Shown piece by piece: positions 47,684-58,254 of a DNA stretch of 64,000 bases. Origin of the DNA: Beijerinckiaceae bacterium. GTDB lineage: Bacteria > Pseudomonadota > Alphaproteobacteria > Rhizobiales > Beijerinckiaceae. Numbering within the stretch: the stretch's first letter is position 1; the number at the start of each line of letters is the position of its first letter. The notes under the pieces were generated by a model that was given only the letters and a program-made list of their open reading frames with translations, did no database searches and was not told the origin of the DNA. The translations under genes were made by a program, and so were the position numbers. Location of the stretch: the NCBI GenBank assembly GCA_050249115.1, contig JBFWRC010000012.1, positions 19,540 to 83,539 on the forward strand, read 5' to 3'.

Positions 47684-48963
47684 GGGAACCGATCCAGCCC
47701 CAACCTTTGCTCCAGCAACTCTTTCGCCGCCTCCGCGTGGCCGGCGCGCAGATGCGCGACCACCAGCGTCTCCCACACGCCGTCGCGCTGGGCGTGACTG
47801 CCGCCAATTCGCGGCACGTCGGGCATCGCCGCTTGCAGATGCAGGGCGGCTGCAGGGTAGTCCCCGTCCGCGAAGGCCATCACACCCCGGCAGATCGAAT
47901 GCACGGCAGGCGCCGAGGGGTGAACGCCAAGGAGTTCGTTGTCCGCACATACAGCGGTATGCCGCGCCAGCGCATCGCGATTGCCTGCCGCCGCATGGGC
48001 ATAGGCAATGTGAACGTTGGCGAATCCGATACCGCCCTTCGGAAAATGCTGTTCCGCAAAGGTGCTGACGGCCTCAAGACCGGCGCCCGGCCGCTCCACG
48101 TCGCGCAGCAGACAGCGCCAGTTGAACGCCCCGGAGTCGATGATGGCGAAAAACGGCGGCTGCTTCCCGAGCGCAGGATCGATACGCCCGTCGTACAGCG
48201 CCACGGCCTTTGCCGCATCGCCCAGACGCAGGGCGAACAGCGCCAGATGCCAGGACAGATGCGGATAGAGCGAACCGTTCGCAGCGTAGTCCGGCAGCCA
48301 ATTGTCGAGGAACGCGGCGCCACCGGCCGCATCGCCCAGTTCGTAGAATGCATGCGCCCGCCCGTGCGCCGCATTGCCGTTGGCGCGCCGCAACGCCAGC
48401 GATTCTTCGATGAGCGGCGCACCGAATTCTGCATTCCCGGTCTCGGCATGCGCCCAGCCGCGATAGCCCAGAAACCACCAGTCCCCGTCCCAATGTCCGG
48501 CTATGGAATCCAGCAGGTCGCGCTGCTGTTCATGATGATCGCGCGCGCCGCTAAAGCCGAGTAGCCCATAGACGCCCGTCGTCAGCGACAGGACGAACGC
48601 ATCGCGCGGCCAATCGCGGATATGTTGCTTCAGCGCATCCAGCGCGCCTGCGCCGTCGCCGGCAATGGCCAGCGACACAGCATGGATATGCGAGCGCTCG
48701 CGATCATCGAGCCGCTCCACCAATGCATTCGCCGCGGAAACCGCCGCAGCAGCCGCCTCGCCCTTGCCCTGCATCTGCAGCACACGGCCGCGCGCGACAT
48801 GCGCCAGCGCGAAATCCGGATCGGCGGCCAGCGCCGCATCGAAATGCGCATCCGCCCCCGGCCACGCGCTCAGCAGGATATCCATCCCCTCGACATAGGC
48901 GTCGATGGCAGCCCGGCTGCTTGCCGTCACCGGCTGACCGAACCTGTCCTGCAAGCGGCCCAT
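47665..48963 (-). CDS. Tetratricopeptide repeat protein (TTC38-like)
   Basis: DPDFALAH, AHGRAHAFYE, HLSWHLAL and RIGGSHAQR. Confidence 0.8.
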   Translation of the reverse strand: MGRLQDRFGQPVTASSRAAIDAYVEGMDILLSAWPGADAHFDAALAADPDFALAHVARGRVLQMQGKGEAAAAAVSAANALVERLDDRERSHIHAVSLAIAGDGAGALDALKQHIRDWPRDAFVLSLTTGVYGLLGFSGARDHHEQQRDLLDSIAGHWDGDWWFLGYRGWAHAETGNAEFGAPLIEESLALRRANGNAAHGRAHAFYELGDAAGGAAFLDNWLPDYAANGSLYPHLSWHLALFALRLGDAAKAVALYDGRIDPALGKQPPFFAIIDSGAFNWRCLLRDVERPGAGLEAVSTFAEQHFPKGGIGFANVHIAYAHAAAGNRDALARHTAVCADNELLGVHPSAPAVHSICRGVMAFADGDYPAAALHLQAAMPDVPRIGGSHAQRDGVWETLVVAHLRAGHAEAAKELLEQRLGLDRFPGSWKQ

Positions 48964-48971
48964 CTCGGCTG

Positions 48972-49565
48972 CTATCCTTTCGTTTGTGTGGCAATCGCCG
49001 AAGGTTCGGTCTCGCACATGCGATCGTACCACGCCGCCAGCTTCGGAAACTTCGCACGCCAGTCGATATCCTTCTGACGGTCGACGAAATAGATCGCGCA
49101 GAAAAGCCCCATGGCCGCACCGTCGAACACGGCCGGAATGTCATTCTCGAAAACCCCCAGCGCCCGCTCCACTTTGCCGCGCTGATGCTCGACCCATTTC
49201 TCGTTGCGCTGCTCGGGCGTGCGCCAGCGGTCCTCGTAATGGATCAGCACGCTCGCTTCGGTAATACCGTCGGCGAGCGCGAGCTTCGACAGCGCCTTGT
49301 AGCGCGCTTCGCCCTCGGCCGGGAACAGTTTGCCACCTCCGGCAACGTGATCGAGATATTCCATGATGACGGGAGAGTCGAAAATTTCGGTTCCGCTGTC
49401 CGTGATCAGCATCGGTATCTTGTGCAGCGGATTGCGTTGCCGCGTGGTGTTTTCTGCATCGGCCGCGTGATCGACCATCTTGATCTTGCCGGCGAGCCCC
49501 AGCGCATGCGCGGCCATCGACGCCTTGCGTCCGAACGGTGAACCATTTGAATACCGCAGCAACAT
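48972..49565 (-). CDS. Glutathione S-transferase family protein
   Basis: SPFGRK, NPLHKIPML and DSPVIMEYLD. Confidence 0.88.
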   Translation of the reverse strand: MLLRYSNGSPFGRKASMAAHALGLAGKIKMVDHAADAENTTRQRNPLHKIPMLITDSGTEIFDSPVIMEYLDHVAGGGKLFPAEGEARYKALSKLALADGITEASVLIHYEDRWRTPEQRNEKWVEHQRGKVERALGVFENDIPAVFDGAAMGLFCAIYFVDRQKDIDWRAKFPKLAAWYDRMCETEPSAIATQTKG

Positions 49566-49605
49566 CAAAGCCTCCCCATTTCTGTTTTGTTGCGAACCTG
49601 CCGGA

Positions 49606-50460
49606 CTATTCGTCTTCGCCTGCGATCCAGTCAACGCTCCACGTCGCGCCGGGGCCCTGCCCCAGCGTCGCAGCCAACCAGGGCAGAAGCGTCCGTGCTT
49701 CCCGTTCCAGCACGTAGGGCGGATTGACGACCGCAAGGCCGGTGGCGCACAGGCCAGCGCCGGGCTCCGGTTCGCGAACGGCCAAGTCCATGCGCAGGAT
49801 TTTGCGAACACCGGCCTCCACAAGCGCAGCGAAGAAACCATCCGCACCACCGCCCGGCTTCAATGGATACCACAGGCAATACGCGCCCGCAGGCCATTTG
49901 TGCCAGGCCTCCGCGATATTGCGCGCCGCGGTCGTGAACTCGTCCGTCTTTTCGAACGGCGGATCGATCAACACGATTCCGCGCCGTTCGACCGGCGGCA
50001 CATAGGCCCGCAAGGCGGTGTAACCGTCAATTTCGACAGTCTTGACCCGCCGGTCGCGGCGCATGACTGAGGCCAGCACGGCGGCGTCGACGGGATGCAA
50101 CTCGCAAAAGATCATTCTGTCCTGCGGCCGCAACATCGCCGCAGCAAGGGCGGGCGATCCAGGATAGCGCGCGGGCGCTGCCTCGCCGGCGCTCAAGCCC
50201 ACCGCTGTCAGGTAAGGTCCAAGAAGCTCGGACACATCCGGCGGCATCGCGGCCCCGGCCAGCCGACCTATCCCCTCGCGCCATTCGCCCGTGCGTCTGG
50301 CTTCGTCCGCCGCCAGATCGTACCAGCCGATACCTGCATGGGTGTCGATGAAGCGCAAGGCTGCATCCTTGCGCTTCATGTAAACGAATATCCGGCTCAG
50401 TAGCGCATGCTTGAACACATCGGCGAAATTGCCGGCATGAAACGCATGGCGGTAGTTCAT
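49606..50460 (-). CDS. rlmJ: 23S rRNA (adenine-2030-N6)-methyltransferase
   Basis: MNYRHAFHAGNFADVFKH, YPGSP, LIDPPFE and WYPLK. Confidence 0.97.
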   Translation of the reverse strand: MNYRHAFHAGNFADVFKHALLSRIFVYMKRKDAALRFIDTHAGIGWYDLAADEARRTGEWREGIGRLAGAAMPPDVSELLGPYLTAVGLSAGEAAPARYPGSPALAAAMLRPQDRMIFCELHPVDAAVLASVMRRDRRVKTVEIDGYTALRAYVPPVERRGIVLIDPPFEKTDEFTTAARNIAEAWHKWPAGAYCLWYPLKPGGGADGFFAALVEAGVRKILRMDLAVREPEPGAGLCATGLAVVNPPYVLEREARTLLPWLAATLGQGPGATWSVDWIAGEDE

Positions 50461-50469
50461 GCGGGAAGG

Positions 50470-51294
50470 CTATCGCGGCGCCGGGATGCGCATGCTGGGT
50501 GCGCGGCACGCTTTCCGGTCGACCTCGGGACAGGACACGAAAGACCGCATATCTTTCGACACGCAAATCCGCACTTCCTGAAAGTCCCCGTCCTTGCAGG
50601 TCACGGCGATATTGTCCGGCCGCAATCCCTTGTTGGCAGCAAGAAACGCCTTTTCGATCAGATCGGGATCGGCTTTGGACGGCTGGCTGAGCTTGTCCAG
50701 GGCCGGCGGAACGACAATCTTGTCACGCGCCTGTTTGACGGTCCGGAAATAGGCCGATGGCGACAGGCCAGAACACGAGCCGTGCTTGCGCCATTGGTAG
50801 CGGGCGAGACCGAATTCCGGAAACACGCGGCCCTCGTTCTCGACGACGTTGCGCGGCGGGTTGCTTTGGTTGCAGTAGGACGGCGCACCGCGATTGTATT
50901 GCGGCCAGAGCCCATGCACGACAAACGTGTTGCGTGCGCCGATGCGGCACTGAAATCGCGAGCGCTGTCCAGCGTCCGACGCACAGAAGCTTGGCGACCA
51001 GGACAGCGCCAGCACATAGAAATCGAACCGGCCCGGAGCGGAACCATAGTCGCGCCCTCCCGCACGCCGGTCGCCGGAATCGCGCCGTCCACCGCCGCGA
51101 TCGTCGTCACGGAAGCGGTCGCGGCTGCGATAGTCGCGCCGGTCGCGGCAATTATCGAGGACGCAATTGTCCGGCCCGCGCGCGCCCTGGGCCGCCGCGG
51201 GCGCAGCGCCCATCGACAGGCCGGGAACCAGGGCCAGGCTCAGCCATGCGGTTACCGGCAAAGCCAGCGCAAATCGCACAATAGACTTTTTCAT
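50470..51294 (-). CDS. Secreted ribonuclease T2 family protein
   Basis: YVLALSWSPSFC, FVVHGLWP and YQWRKHGSC. Confidence 0.92.
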   Translation of the reverse strand: MKKSIVRFALALPVTAWLSLALVPGLSMGAAPAAAQGARGPDNCVLDNCRDRRDYRSRDRFRDDDRGGGRRDSGDRRAGGRDYGSAPGRFDFYVLALSWSPSFCASDAGQRSRFQCRIGARNTFVVHGLWPQYNRGAPSYCNQSNPPRNVVENEGRVFPEFGLARYQWRKHGSCSGLSPSAYFRTVKQARDKIVVPPALDKLSQPSKADPDLIEKAFLAANKGLRPDNIAVTCKDGDFQEVRICVSKDMRSFVSCPEVDRKACRAPSMRIPAPR

Positions 51295-51349
51295 CGAAAC
51301 GTCTCCAGATCATATGCTCAGGCGCGCGAGCGGACCCAAGTCGCGGTCC

Positions 51350-51853
51350 TTATGGCGCCGCGGCCGAGCAGCCGGGCGCATACGCAAGGTTGTAGTCGAG
51401 GCCGTGGACGCACCATTCGACACCCCAGCCAATTCCGTAACCCGCGCTCCACGGCCCCAGCCAGCTCGCCCCGGCCATGCCGAGGTCCTCGCCGATGGAA
51501 TAGGTAACCCGCCGCTTGCGGCCGTCGTTGAACTCGGCGCGAACCGAACACCAGCGGCGCGGAATGAAGTCGGAGCCGTTCGACCGGTAACCAATCTCGC
51601 GCGGATGCCGGAAACCGACGATTTCCCGCCCGGTTTTCCAGTATTTGCGCTCGCGCTGGCCGAATCGCGACTTGATCCTGTCCAGCACGCGGGGATGATC
51701 GCACGCCGGAACAGTGCCGGTATAAGGCGAATAGCGGTTCTCGGCCGGCGTCTTCGGCCGCGCCTTGGCTTCCGTCGACGACAGGAACGCCGCAGCAGCG
51801 CCCAGACAGACCAGGGCGGCGGTCCCCGCCACGCAAATCTTGCACATACTCAT
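51350..51853 (-). CDS. Conserved secreted hypothetical protein (Cys-containing)
   Basis: Signal peptide, PACD, PRRWC, VEWCVHG and AYAPGC. Confidence 0.7.
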   Translation of the reverse strand: MSMCKICVAGTAALVCLGAAAAFLSSTEAKARPKTPAENRYSPYTGTVPACDHPRVLDRIKSRFGQRERKYWKTGREIVGFRHPREIGYRSNGSDFIPRRWCSVRAEFNDGRKRRVTYSIGEDLGMAGASWLGPWSAGYGIGWGVEWCVHGLDYNLAYAPGCSAAAP

Positions 51854-52087
51854 TCTCCCAATCCGGCTGCACGATGATGCCGCGCAGGCCGGGCGTCAAG
51901 GCGATTTCATCCCGACTTGCAGCAACTTTCCCCGTGCAATTCGCCCCGGCGCAAACACGGATTTTCCAGGACTGCCGCCGTGCGCCCGAAACTGGTCACG
52001 GCACGAAGGTTGCTGTCCCAACCGGACAAGCGGCCCGCGCGGCGACCCAGTGTCAAACCGGCGCGCGCCTGTACCGGATTGGAACAG

Positions 52088-53566
52088 ATGGCAATTTCGC
52101 GCAAGATCGAGGGATGGACAAACGGCGGCCAGCGTTTTGACGCTCCGGGCCAGCGCTCGTCGCGTACCCCCTTGAAAGCGCGCCAGATCACCGGCTTCGT
52201 ACGGGCCTCGTTTGCTGTCCTCGCGCTGGCTTGCGATTTTGCCGCGATCATCGTCGGCGCCGTCGCTTGCGGCTGGATTTATCACAACATTTTCCAGAAC
52301 CACCCGGCTCCGGTGCAGATGCAATTGCAGCAGGGATATATCGTCGCCACCCTCGTCATTGCCCCGATCCTCCTTCGCGGCGAATATTCGATCCGCCGTT
52401 ACCTCGAGTTCCGGAGCCATATCCGTCAGGTCGTGACAGTTTGGAACACGGCTTTCATAACCGCCCTCACACTCGCCTTCCTGACCAAGACCAGCGAGGA
52501 GATTTCGCGCGGATCGGCGATATTGTTCTACGTCTTCGGCGCAGCGTTCCTGCTGCTCGTAAGATTGGTCATGGTCCGTATCGTGCAGGAACAGGCCGCA
52601 GCGGGACAGGTGCCGAACCGCCGCATCTTCCTTGTCGGCTTCGAGGAAGAGGTCCGTCTCTTCAGCGAACGCTACAGGCCCTGGACGCTCGGCGTCGATG
52701 TCGTCGCTTCGGCTGTCCTGCGCGACGAGGATTCACTCCAGGACGACCTTGCTCTCGCGGCGGCCTCGGCGCGTGTCTTGCGCCCCGAAGACATCTTTGT
52801 GCTGGTCCCGTGGTCGCACCGCGAAACGGTCGACGCCTGCATCAGCGCCTTTCTGCGCGTGCCTGCATCCATCCACTTGATGCCCGAGCGCATACTCGAT
52901 CGTTTCGCCGACGTGCAGATCGAAAAGCTGGGCCCGATCTCAAGCCTGCATCTCGTGCGCCGGCCCCTGTCCACCTTCGAGATATTCCAGAAGCGCGTAT
53001 TCGACATTGTCGCGTCAGCATTGGGGCTGCTGGTGCTTTCGCCCCTGTTGCTGATTGTCGCCATCCTGATCAAGCTGGATTCACGCGGACCGGTCTTCTT
53101 CCTGCAGCGGCGCTACGGTTTCAATCAGGAACCGTTCCGCATCTACAAATTCCGATCGATGACGACGCTGGAAGACGGGCGCATCGTGACGCAGGCGACC
53201 CGCGGCGACCGGCGCATCACACGCATCGGCCGCATCTTGCGCCGCACCAACATCGACGAGCTGCCGCAGCTCATCAATGTTCTTCGTGGCGAGATGTCGC
53301 TTGTTGGCCCGCGTCCTCATGCGCTGGCGCACGACCAGATGTTCGAACGCCAGATTGCCAACTACGCCCGCCGTCACAACGTCAAACCAGGCATCACCGG
53401 CTGGGCACAGGTCAGCGGTTTGCGCGGGGAAACCGACACGGAAGAAAAGATCAGGTCCCGCGTCGAACACGATCTCTACTACATCGATCACTGGTCAATG
53501 TGGTTCGATATCCGCATCCTGTTTCTGACGGTCTTCTCGATGAAATCCTATCGAAACGCAGGCTGA
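52088..53566 (+). CDS. Undecaprenyl-phosphate glucose phosphotransferase (WcaJ/GumD-like)
   Basis: KRVFDI, FRIYKFRSM, DELPQLINVLRGEMSLVGPRP and KPGITGWAQV. Confidence 0.93.
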   Translation: MAISRKIEGWTNGGQRFDAPGQRSSRTPLKARQITGFVRASFAVLALACDFAAIIVGAVACGWIYHNIFQNHPAPVQMQLQQGYIVATLVIAPILLRGEYSIRRYLEFRSHIRQVVTVWNTAFITALTLAFLTKTSEEISRGSAILFYVFGAAFLLLVRLVMVRIVQEQAAAGQVPNRRIFLVGFEEEVRLFSERYRPWTLGVDVVASAVLRDEDSLQDDLALAAASARVLRPEDIFVLVPWSHRETVDACISAFLRVPASIHLMPERILDRFADVQIEKLGPISSLHLVRRPLSTFEIFQKRVFDIVASALGLLVLSPLLLIVAILIKLDSRGPVFFLQRRYGFNQEPFRIYKFRSMTTLEDGRIVTQATRGDRRITRIGRILRRTNIDELPQLINVLRGEMSLVGPRPHALAHDQMFERQIANYARRHNVKPGITGWAQVSGLRGETDTEEKIRSRVEHDLYYIDHWSMWFDIRILFLTVFSMKSYRNAG

Positions 53567-53588
53567 TTCCCGGTACCGCAGCAGGTTG

Positions 53589-54689
53589 TCACTTGGCCTT
53601 TTTCTCCAATCCCTCGGAAAGAGAGTTGTAGAATTTGGCCGCCTGCGCGCGCACATCGGGCGTCATGGACATGGCTTCGGCGATCTGCTTGTCGAGGTCC
53701 GCACCGCTCGCAGGCACAACATCCAGCTTCGCCTTGCGCGCATCGGCCTGAAACTCGGGGTCCGCAATCATCTTCTCGTAAGCAGAACGCAGGGCCGCCA
53801 GCCGGTCGGCCGGCAAATCGGGCGGCGCGGCCAGCGATCGGCCCATTTCCGTTGCAACGGTGAATACATTGAGAAAGGCCTTTTCCGCCGGCGTGCGCCC
53901 GAATTCCGTTATGATCGGCGTATTGGGAAACTCGCGCAGCCGCGCGCGCGACAGCACGACCAGCGGCAGGATGTCACCCGCCTGCACCTGCTTCCAGTGC
54001 CGCGCATAGAGCGAATCCAGCGAGGTGGACGCGACATCCACCTCGCCGCGCTCGAGCGCCAGAAACGTCTGCCCGGTGCCGACATAGCCGGTTATGATCC
54101 GGAATTTCGCGCCGGCGAGTTGCCGCATGATCGAGGGGAAATGCGCGGTGATGTTGTAAGTCCCCGCTGCGCCCACGCTGAAATCGCGCTTGTTTGCGCC
54201 GGCAATCGACGTAAGGCCCGACTTCTTCGAAGCCACCATCACCTGCTTCAGAACGCCAAGCCGGCCGATATAGTGGATCTTGAGCGGATCGTAATTGGCG
54301 CGCTTGTTGAACAGCGCCTCCTGCACGATCGACGACAGCGGGATCAGCAGCGACGTCCCGTCGCGCGGCGCAGCCGTGGCAAACCAGTTCAGAGCGACAA
54401 GCCCGCCCGCGCCCGGCCGCGATTCCATCGCAACGGCCGGATTGCCCGGAATGAAGCGCCCCAGATGACGCGAGGCAAGTTGTGCGTAAAGCCCGTATGA
54501 GCCGCCCGGCCTTGTCCCGATAACGACGCGCACCTGCTTGCCCTTGTAGAATTCCGCGACGCTTTCTGCGCGTGAACCCGGCGCCGTCACAATGACAGCG
54601 GCCACACCAATCGCAAATGCTGCAAACTTTCCTGCATGCGGCCGAAATATCGCGATGACAGGGTCCGCTTTTGCGCTTTTCGCCTCCAT
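53589..54689 (-). CDS. TTT substrate-binding protein (Bug/TctC)
   Basis: GTRPGGSYGLYAQL, RPGAGG, APRDGT and ALERGEVD. Confidence 0.82.
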   Translation of the reverse strand: MEAKSAKADPVIAIFRPHAGKFAAFAIGVAAVIVTAPGSRAESVAEFYKGKQVRVVIGTRPGGSYGLYAQLASRHLGRFIPGNPAVAMESRPGAGGLVALNWFATAAPRDGTSLLIPLSSIVQEALFNKRANYDPLKIHYIGRLGVLKQVMVASKKSGLTSIAGANKRDFSVGAAGTYNITAHFPSIMRQLAGAKFRIITGYVGTGQTFLALERGEVDVASTSLDSLYARHWKQVQAGDILPLVVLSRARLREFPNTPIITEFGRTPAEKAFLNVFTVATEMGRSLAAPPDLPADRLAALRSAYEKMIADPEFQADARKAKLDVVPASGADLDKQIAEAMSMTPDVRAQAAKFYNSLSEGLEKKAK

Positions 54690-54784
54690 GGTCGTCTCCC
54701 TTGATCTGCAGCACATGTGCTTGCAATCATTGTGGGGACATGGGTTGGTCTACGCAAGCCCGAAGCGGCCCGTTATTCCCGGCG

Positions 54785-55144
54785 TCAGTCGTGCGAATGC
54801 GGCGGGCGCAGCGACCGGACCATGTCGAGAAGTACTGACTCCTCGAATGGCTTTTGCAGATGCGCATCGCCGCCCAGCCAAGTGAGCTGGCTGGCGTCAT
54901 ATCCGCTGACGACGCAGAACGGGACCGAAAGGGCGCGCAAAGCCAAAGCCACGGGTTCGGCGCTCTCGCCATTGAGTTCCGCGTCGAGAATGGCCAGAGT
55001 GACGTCCCCGCGTTTCAGCCGTTCGACTGCGGCAGCAACATCCCGCTCGATCCCAATGACCGTATGCCCGGCGTCCGCCAGCAACGTCTCGATATCAAGC
55101 GCGATAATCGCCTCGTCGTCCACGACGAGTATGCGCTCTGGCAT
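54785..55144 (-). CDS. Single-domain response regulator (SdrG/MrrA-like)
   Basis: ILVVDDE, AILD and PFCVVSGY. Confidence 0.85.
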   Translation of the reverse strand: MPERILVVDDEAIIALDIETLLADAGHTVIGIERDVAAAVERLKRGDVTLAILDAELNGESAEPVALALRALSVPFCVVSGYDASQLTWLGGDAHLQKPFEESVLLDMVRSLRPPHSHD

Positions 55145-55324
55145 GCAAATTCCCCCGTAGGCTAAAGCGGTAGCTGAGCAGATTGAACTCTTGCGATCCG
55201 CCTGAAAGCCCGGATCAACCGCCGCCGCATTACGGCCGGACGGAAACCAAAATACAGGTAGCGCTTGGACAAATCGCTCGCAATGTCTTTAATTAACAAA
55301 AATATTCTGTATTTTAAACCGTTA

Positions 55325-57871
55325 CTAATATCCTTTGTACAAAACGTTTCCGGCCGGAGCTTTCAATTCCCAAACCAATCCGGCAGGGTGATAGGAAAGT
55401 TTCACTTCGCCACCAACCGTATGCGCCGCCATCCTCTCGATGACGGTCCGTCCAAAACCCTTCCGTGCGGGCTCCGATACGGGGGGGCCGCCAGACTCCA
55501 CCCAGCTCATGTGGAAATCGCCTGTGTCGCTCTCATCGCTGTCCCACGTGATGGCGATATGTCCCGAATCCGTGGAAAAAGCGCCATATTTCACCGCATT
55601 CGTAGCAAGCTCGTGGATCGCCATGCCGATCCCCTGCGCGGCGGCCGGCGTAAGACGGATGACCGGACCACTGAGCGTGCATCGCGCAACCAGCGTGCTG
55701 CCCAGATACCCCAGTTGCGACTCGACCAGATCGCTGAGCCGGACCGCTACCCAATTGCCGGCTATCATCAAATCCTGCGAGGCCGACAGGCTCTGGAGCC
55801 GTTCTGCAAATTCCTTGGCAAAACTGACGGGGCTGGCGTCGCGCGCCGTTTGGCGGACGATGGATTGCAAAACCGCCAGAAGATTCTTCGAGCGGTGGTT
55901 CACCTCCCGCATCAGCAGGCGAATCTGGGTGTCGTTTTCCTTGCGCTCGGTTACATCAGCGCTCGCGCCAATATGGCCCTGGTAAATTCCGGACGCCGAG
56001 AAATAGGGCTGCGCCCAGCTCTCGAGCCACCGCCATTGTCCGTCCGCATTGCGCACGCGCAGCTCCTCGTGAAAATCGGTGCGTTGCGCAATACACTGCG
56101 ACAGCTGGTTTGCGACGCGAGCGGCATCTTCCTTATGCACCAGCCTTTGCCAATGACTGCCCTGCGCCGCTTCCCGGGCGATACCAAAATACTCGCAATA
56201 GGTCGTATTCACGAACTCAATGCCCTCATTGCCTAACATCCAGACGAGAAGCGGCAGCTTGTCGGCCATGATGCGAAAACGGTTCTCGAATTCGCGCACC
56301 TGCTCTTCGGCCCGCTTGCGGGCCGTGATGTCGCGAATGAACGTCGAGGCGCCGATGACCCGTTCGGCGGAATCGTAAATAGGTGAGGCTCCGAGGGAGA
56401 CGTCGACGGGCGTACCATCCCGGCGCAGACGCACAGTCTCAATGTAGACCGGTTTGCCAGTGGCCACGGAAGCCAGCACCATGTCCTCTTCGGTTTCCAA
56501 AGAGTCTGGCACAATCAACCGGATGCTTTGTCCGATCATCTCTGCGGCCTTGTAGCCGAAAATCTCCTCCGCACTCTCGTTCCAGCTCGTCACGATGCCG
56601 TCCGGAGTCTTGCCGACGATGGCGTCGGCGGAAGATTCGACGATGGCCGCAAGGCGCGCGAGTTCAATCTCGGCCTTCTTGATGTCGGTGATGTCATGCC
56701 CTTCCGGCACCAGAAACAAAACTTCGCCATCCCCTCCCGTCACGGGCGTCACGCTAAACGTTACCCACCGCTCCTCGCCCGACTTGAGCCGGAATGAACG
56801 CTCGACTTTGGAAAACTCCCCTTTGGCGCCGCGCGCAATGATCTCTTGAAACTGTTTCCGGGCGTGTCCGGACTTTGCGGCCACTTCCCAGAACTTCCTG
56901 CCCACCACTTCTTCTTCGCGCTCGACCCCGGCCGCTTCCAACCCCGCCCGGTTGATGGCGATGATGGAGCCGTCGGGTCGCAGCAAACCGGCGTAAGTTG
57001 CGATCGCGTCAAACATTGCGCGAAAGCGCTGTTCGCTTTCTCTAAGTGCGCGTTCGGCTGCTTTCGCCGGCCGGATGTCGCGATAGATTATGGAAGCGCC
57101 GATCATCTCGCCGTTTGCGTCGAGGATCGGCGAATTGGTGATCTCGACGTCGATTGGCAAACCGCTTTTGTGATTTCGGACCGTTTCGTATCGCTTCGAC
57201 GATTTGGTGGTTGTCGCACGTTTGAACATTTGGGCCGGTTGCGTCGAATAGCCGGCGGAGACAAGGAATTCGTCGGTTCGCAATCCCAGAACCTCGGCTT
57301 CCGAGAATCCAAAAAGCCGCTCGGCTCCGGGATTCCAGGTCTGGATGCGCCGCTCGGCATCTACCGAGACGATGGCGTCCTCCGACGATCCGATAATGGC
57401 GGCGAGTTGCGCATTGCGGGCGTTATGACGGCGTCTTTCAGCAAGCAGCTGAAATCGTTCAATGGCGGAAAACACGGTGCGCGGAAATATATAGTCGTCG
57501 AGAAACTTCCGCCGCACGTAGTCCGACGCCCCTGAGGTCATGGCTTCCGTAGCCAATTCGGATGAATCTTCATCCGCCAGAACGACTATGGGCGAGTCCA
57601 GAGAGCCATCACGCGGGTTCATCTCTTCAACGAAATCGACTGCCGACATGTCCTGCAGTTGTGCAGCCACGATGACGCAATCGAAGCGTTTCTCACGCGC
57701 CAGCTGCAGCCCTGCTGCGCCGGTCGGCACCACCTCTACGATGCTGCCGTGGCTCCGCAAAACTTCGTCAATTTTCTGAATATCCGAACCCCGGTCGTCG
57801 ACCAGAAGAAAACGGCTGGCGCCGCCACCGGCGCCAGAGCTTCGATCGCTCCGGCCCGTCGCCGTTGTCAT
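55325..57871 (-). CDS. HWE-family histidine kinase: degenerate REC, 4 PAS, HWE_HK
   Basis: EVNHRSKNLL, IHELATNAVKYGAFS, WVESGGPPV and RKGFG. Four PAS repeats. Confidence 0.92.
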   Translation of the reverse strand: MTTATGRSDRSSGAGGGASRFLLVDDRGSDIQKIDEVLRSHGSIVEVVPTGAAGLQLAREKRFDCVIVAAQLQDMSAVDFVEEMNPRDGSLDSPIVVLADEDSSELATEAMTSGASDYVRRKFLDDYIFPRTVFSAIERFQLLAERRRHNARNAQLAAIIGSSEDAIVSVDAERRIQTWNPGAERLFGFSEAEVLGLRTDEFLVSAGYSTQPAQMFKRATTTKSSKRYETVRNHKSGLPIDVEITNSPILDANGEMIGASIIYRDIRPAKAAERALRESEQRFRAMFDAIATYAGLLRPDGSIIAINRAGLEAAGVEREEEVVGRKFWEVAAKSGHARKQFQEIIARGAKGEFSKVERSFRLKSGEERWVTFSVTPVTGGDGEVLFLVPEGHDITDIKKAEIELARLAAIVESSADAIVGKTPDGIVTSWNESAEEIFGYKAAEMIGQSIRLIVPDSLETEEDMVLASVATGKPVYIETVRLRRDGTPVDVSLGASPIYDSAERVIGASTFIRDITARKRAEEQVREFENRFRIMADKLPLLVWMLGNEGIEFVNTTYCEYFGIAREAAQGSHWQRLVHKEDAARVANQLSQCIAQRTDFHEELRVRNADGQWRWLESWAQPYFSASGIYQGHIGASADVTERKENDTQIRLLMREVNHRSKNLLAVLQSIVRQTARDASPVSFAKEFAERLQSLSASQDLMIAGNWVAVRLSDLVESQLGYLGSTLVARCTLSGPVIRLTPAAAQGIGMAIHELATNAVKYGAFSTDSGHIAITWDSDESDTGDFHMSWVESGGPPVSEPARKGFGRTVIERMAAHTVGGEVKLSYHPAGLVWELKAPAGNVLYKGY

Positions 57872-58254
57872 GAGATAGTCCCGCCGTGAACCGGCGTCGT
57901 CAGAGGGTGATCCCACGTGTCCCCAAGCCATATGCGGCCGTCCGGGCCCATTATCCCATCGGCCTGTTGTCGTGCGTGCATTTTACATGCGCATCGCGTC
58001 AATAGACATTGCTATGGTGAAAAGCGCCACTTCTCAATTGGTTCCACGCGCAGACGCTTTTTTTTAAGGGTCGCTTACAGATGCCCCCTCGCGAGCAACC
58101 TTCCGGTCCATTGCCAGCCGTCACTTCAATTGATCGCCCGAGCCGTGGCTGTTAGATTGATCAATGCCATTTTGCATTTGCTCATATTGGCGAAGGGCCG
58201 GAGCCGTATCCGGCGCAGAGCGCTACTCCGCCGCTATGCCGCAAGAGGACGTTG

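Noticed and set aside
55325-57871. LOV photoreceptor kinase
   Set aside because: No GRNCRFLQ-like motif in any PAS domain.
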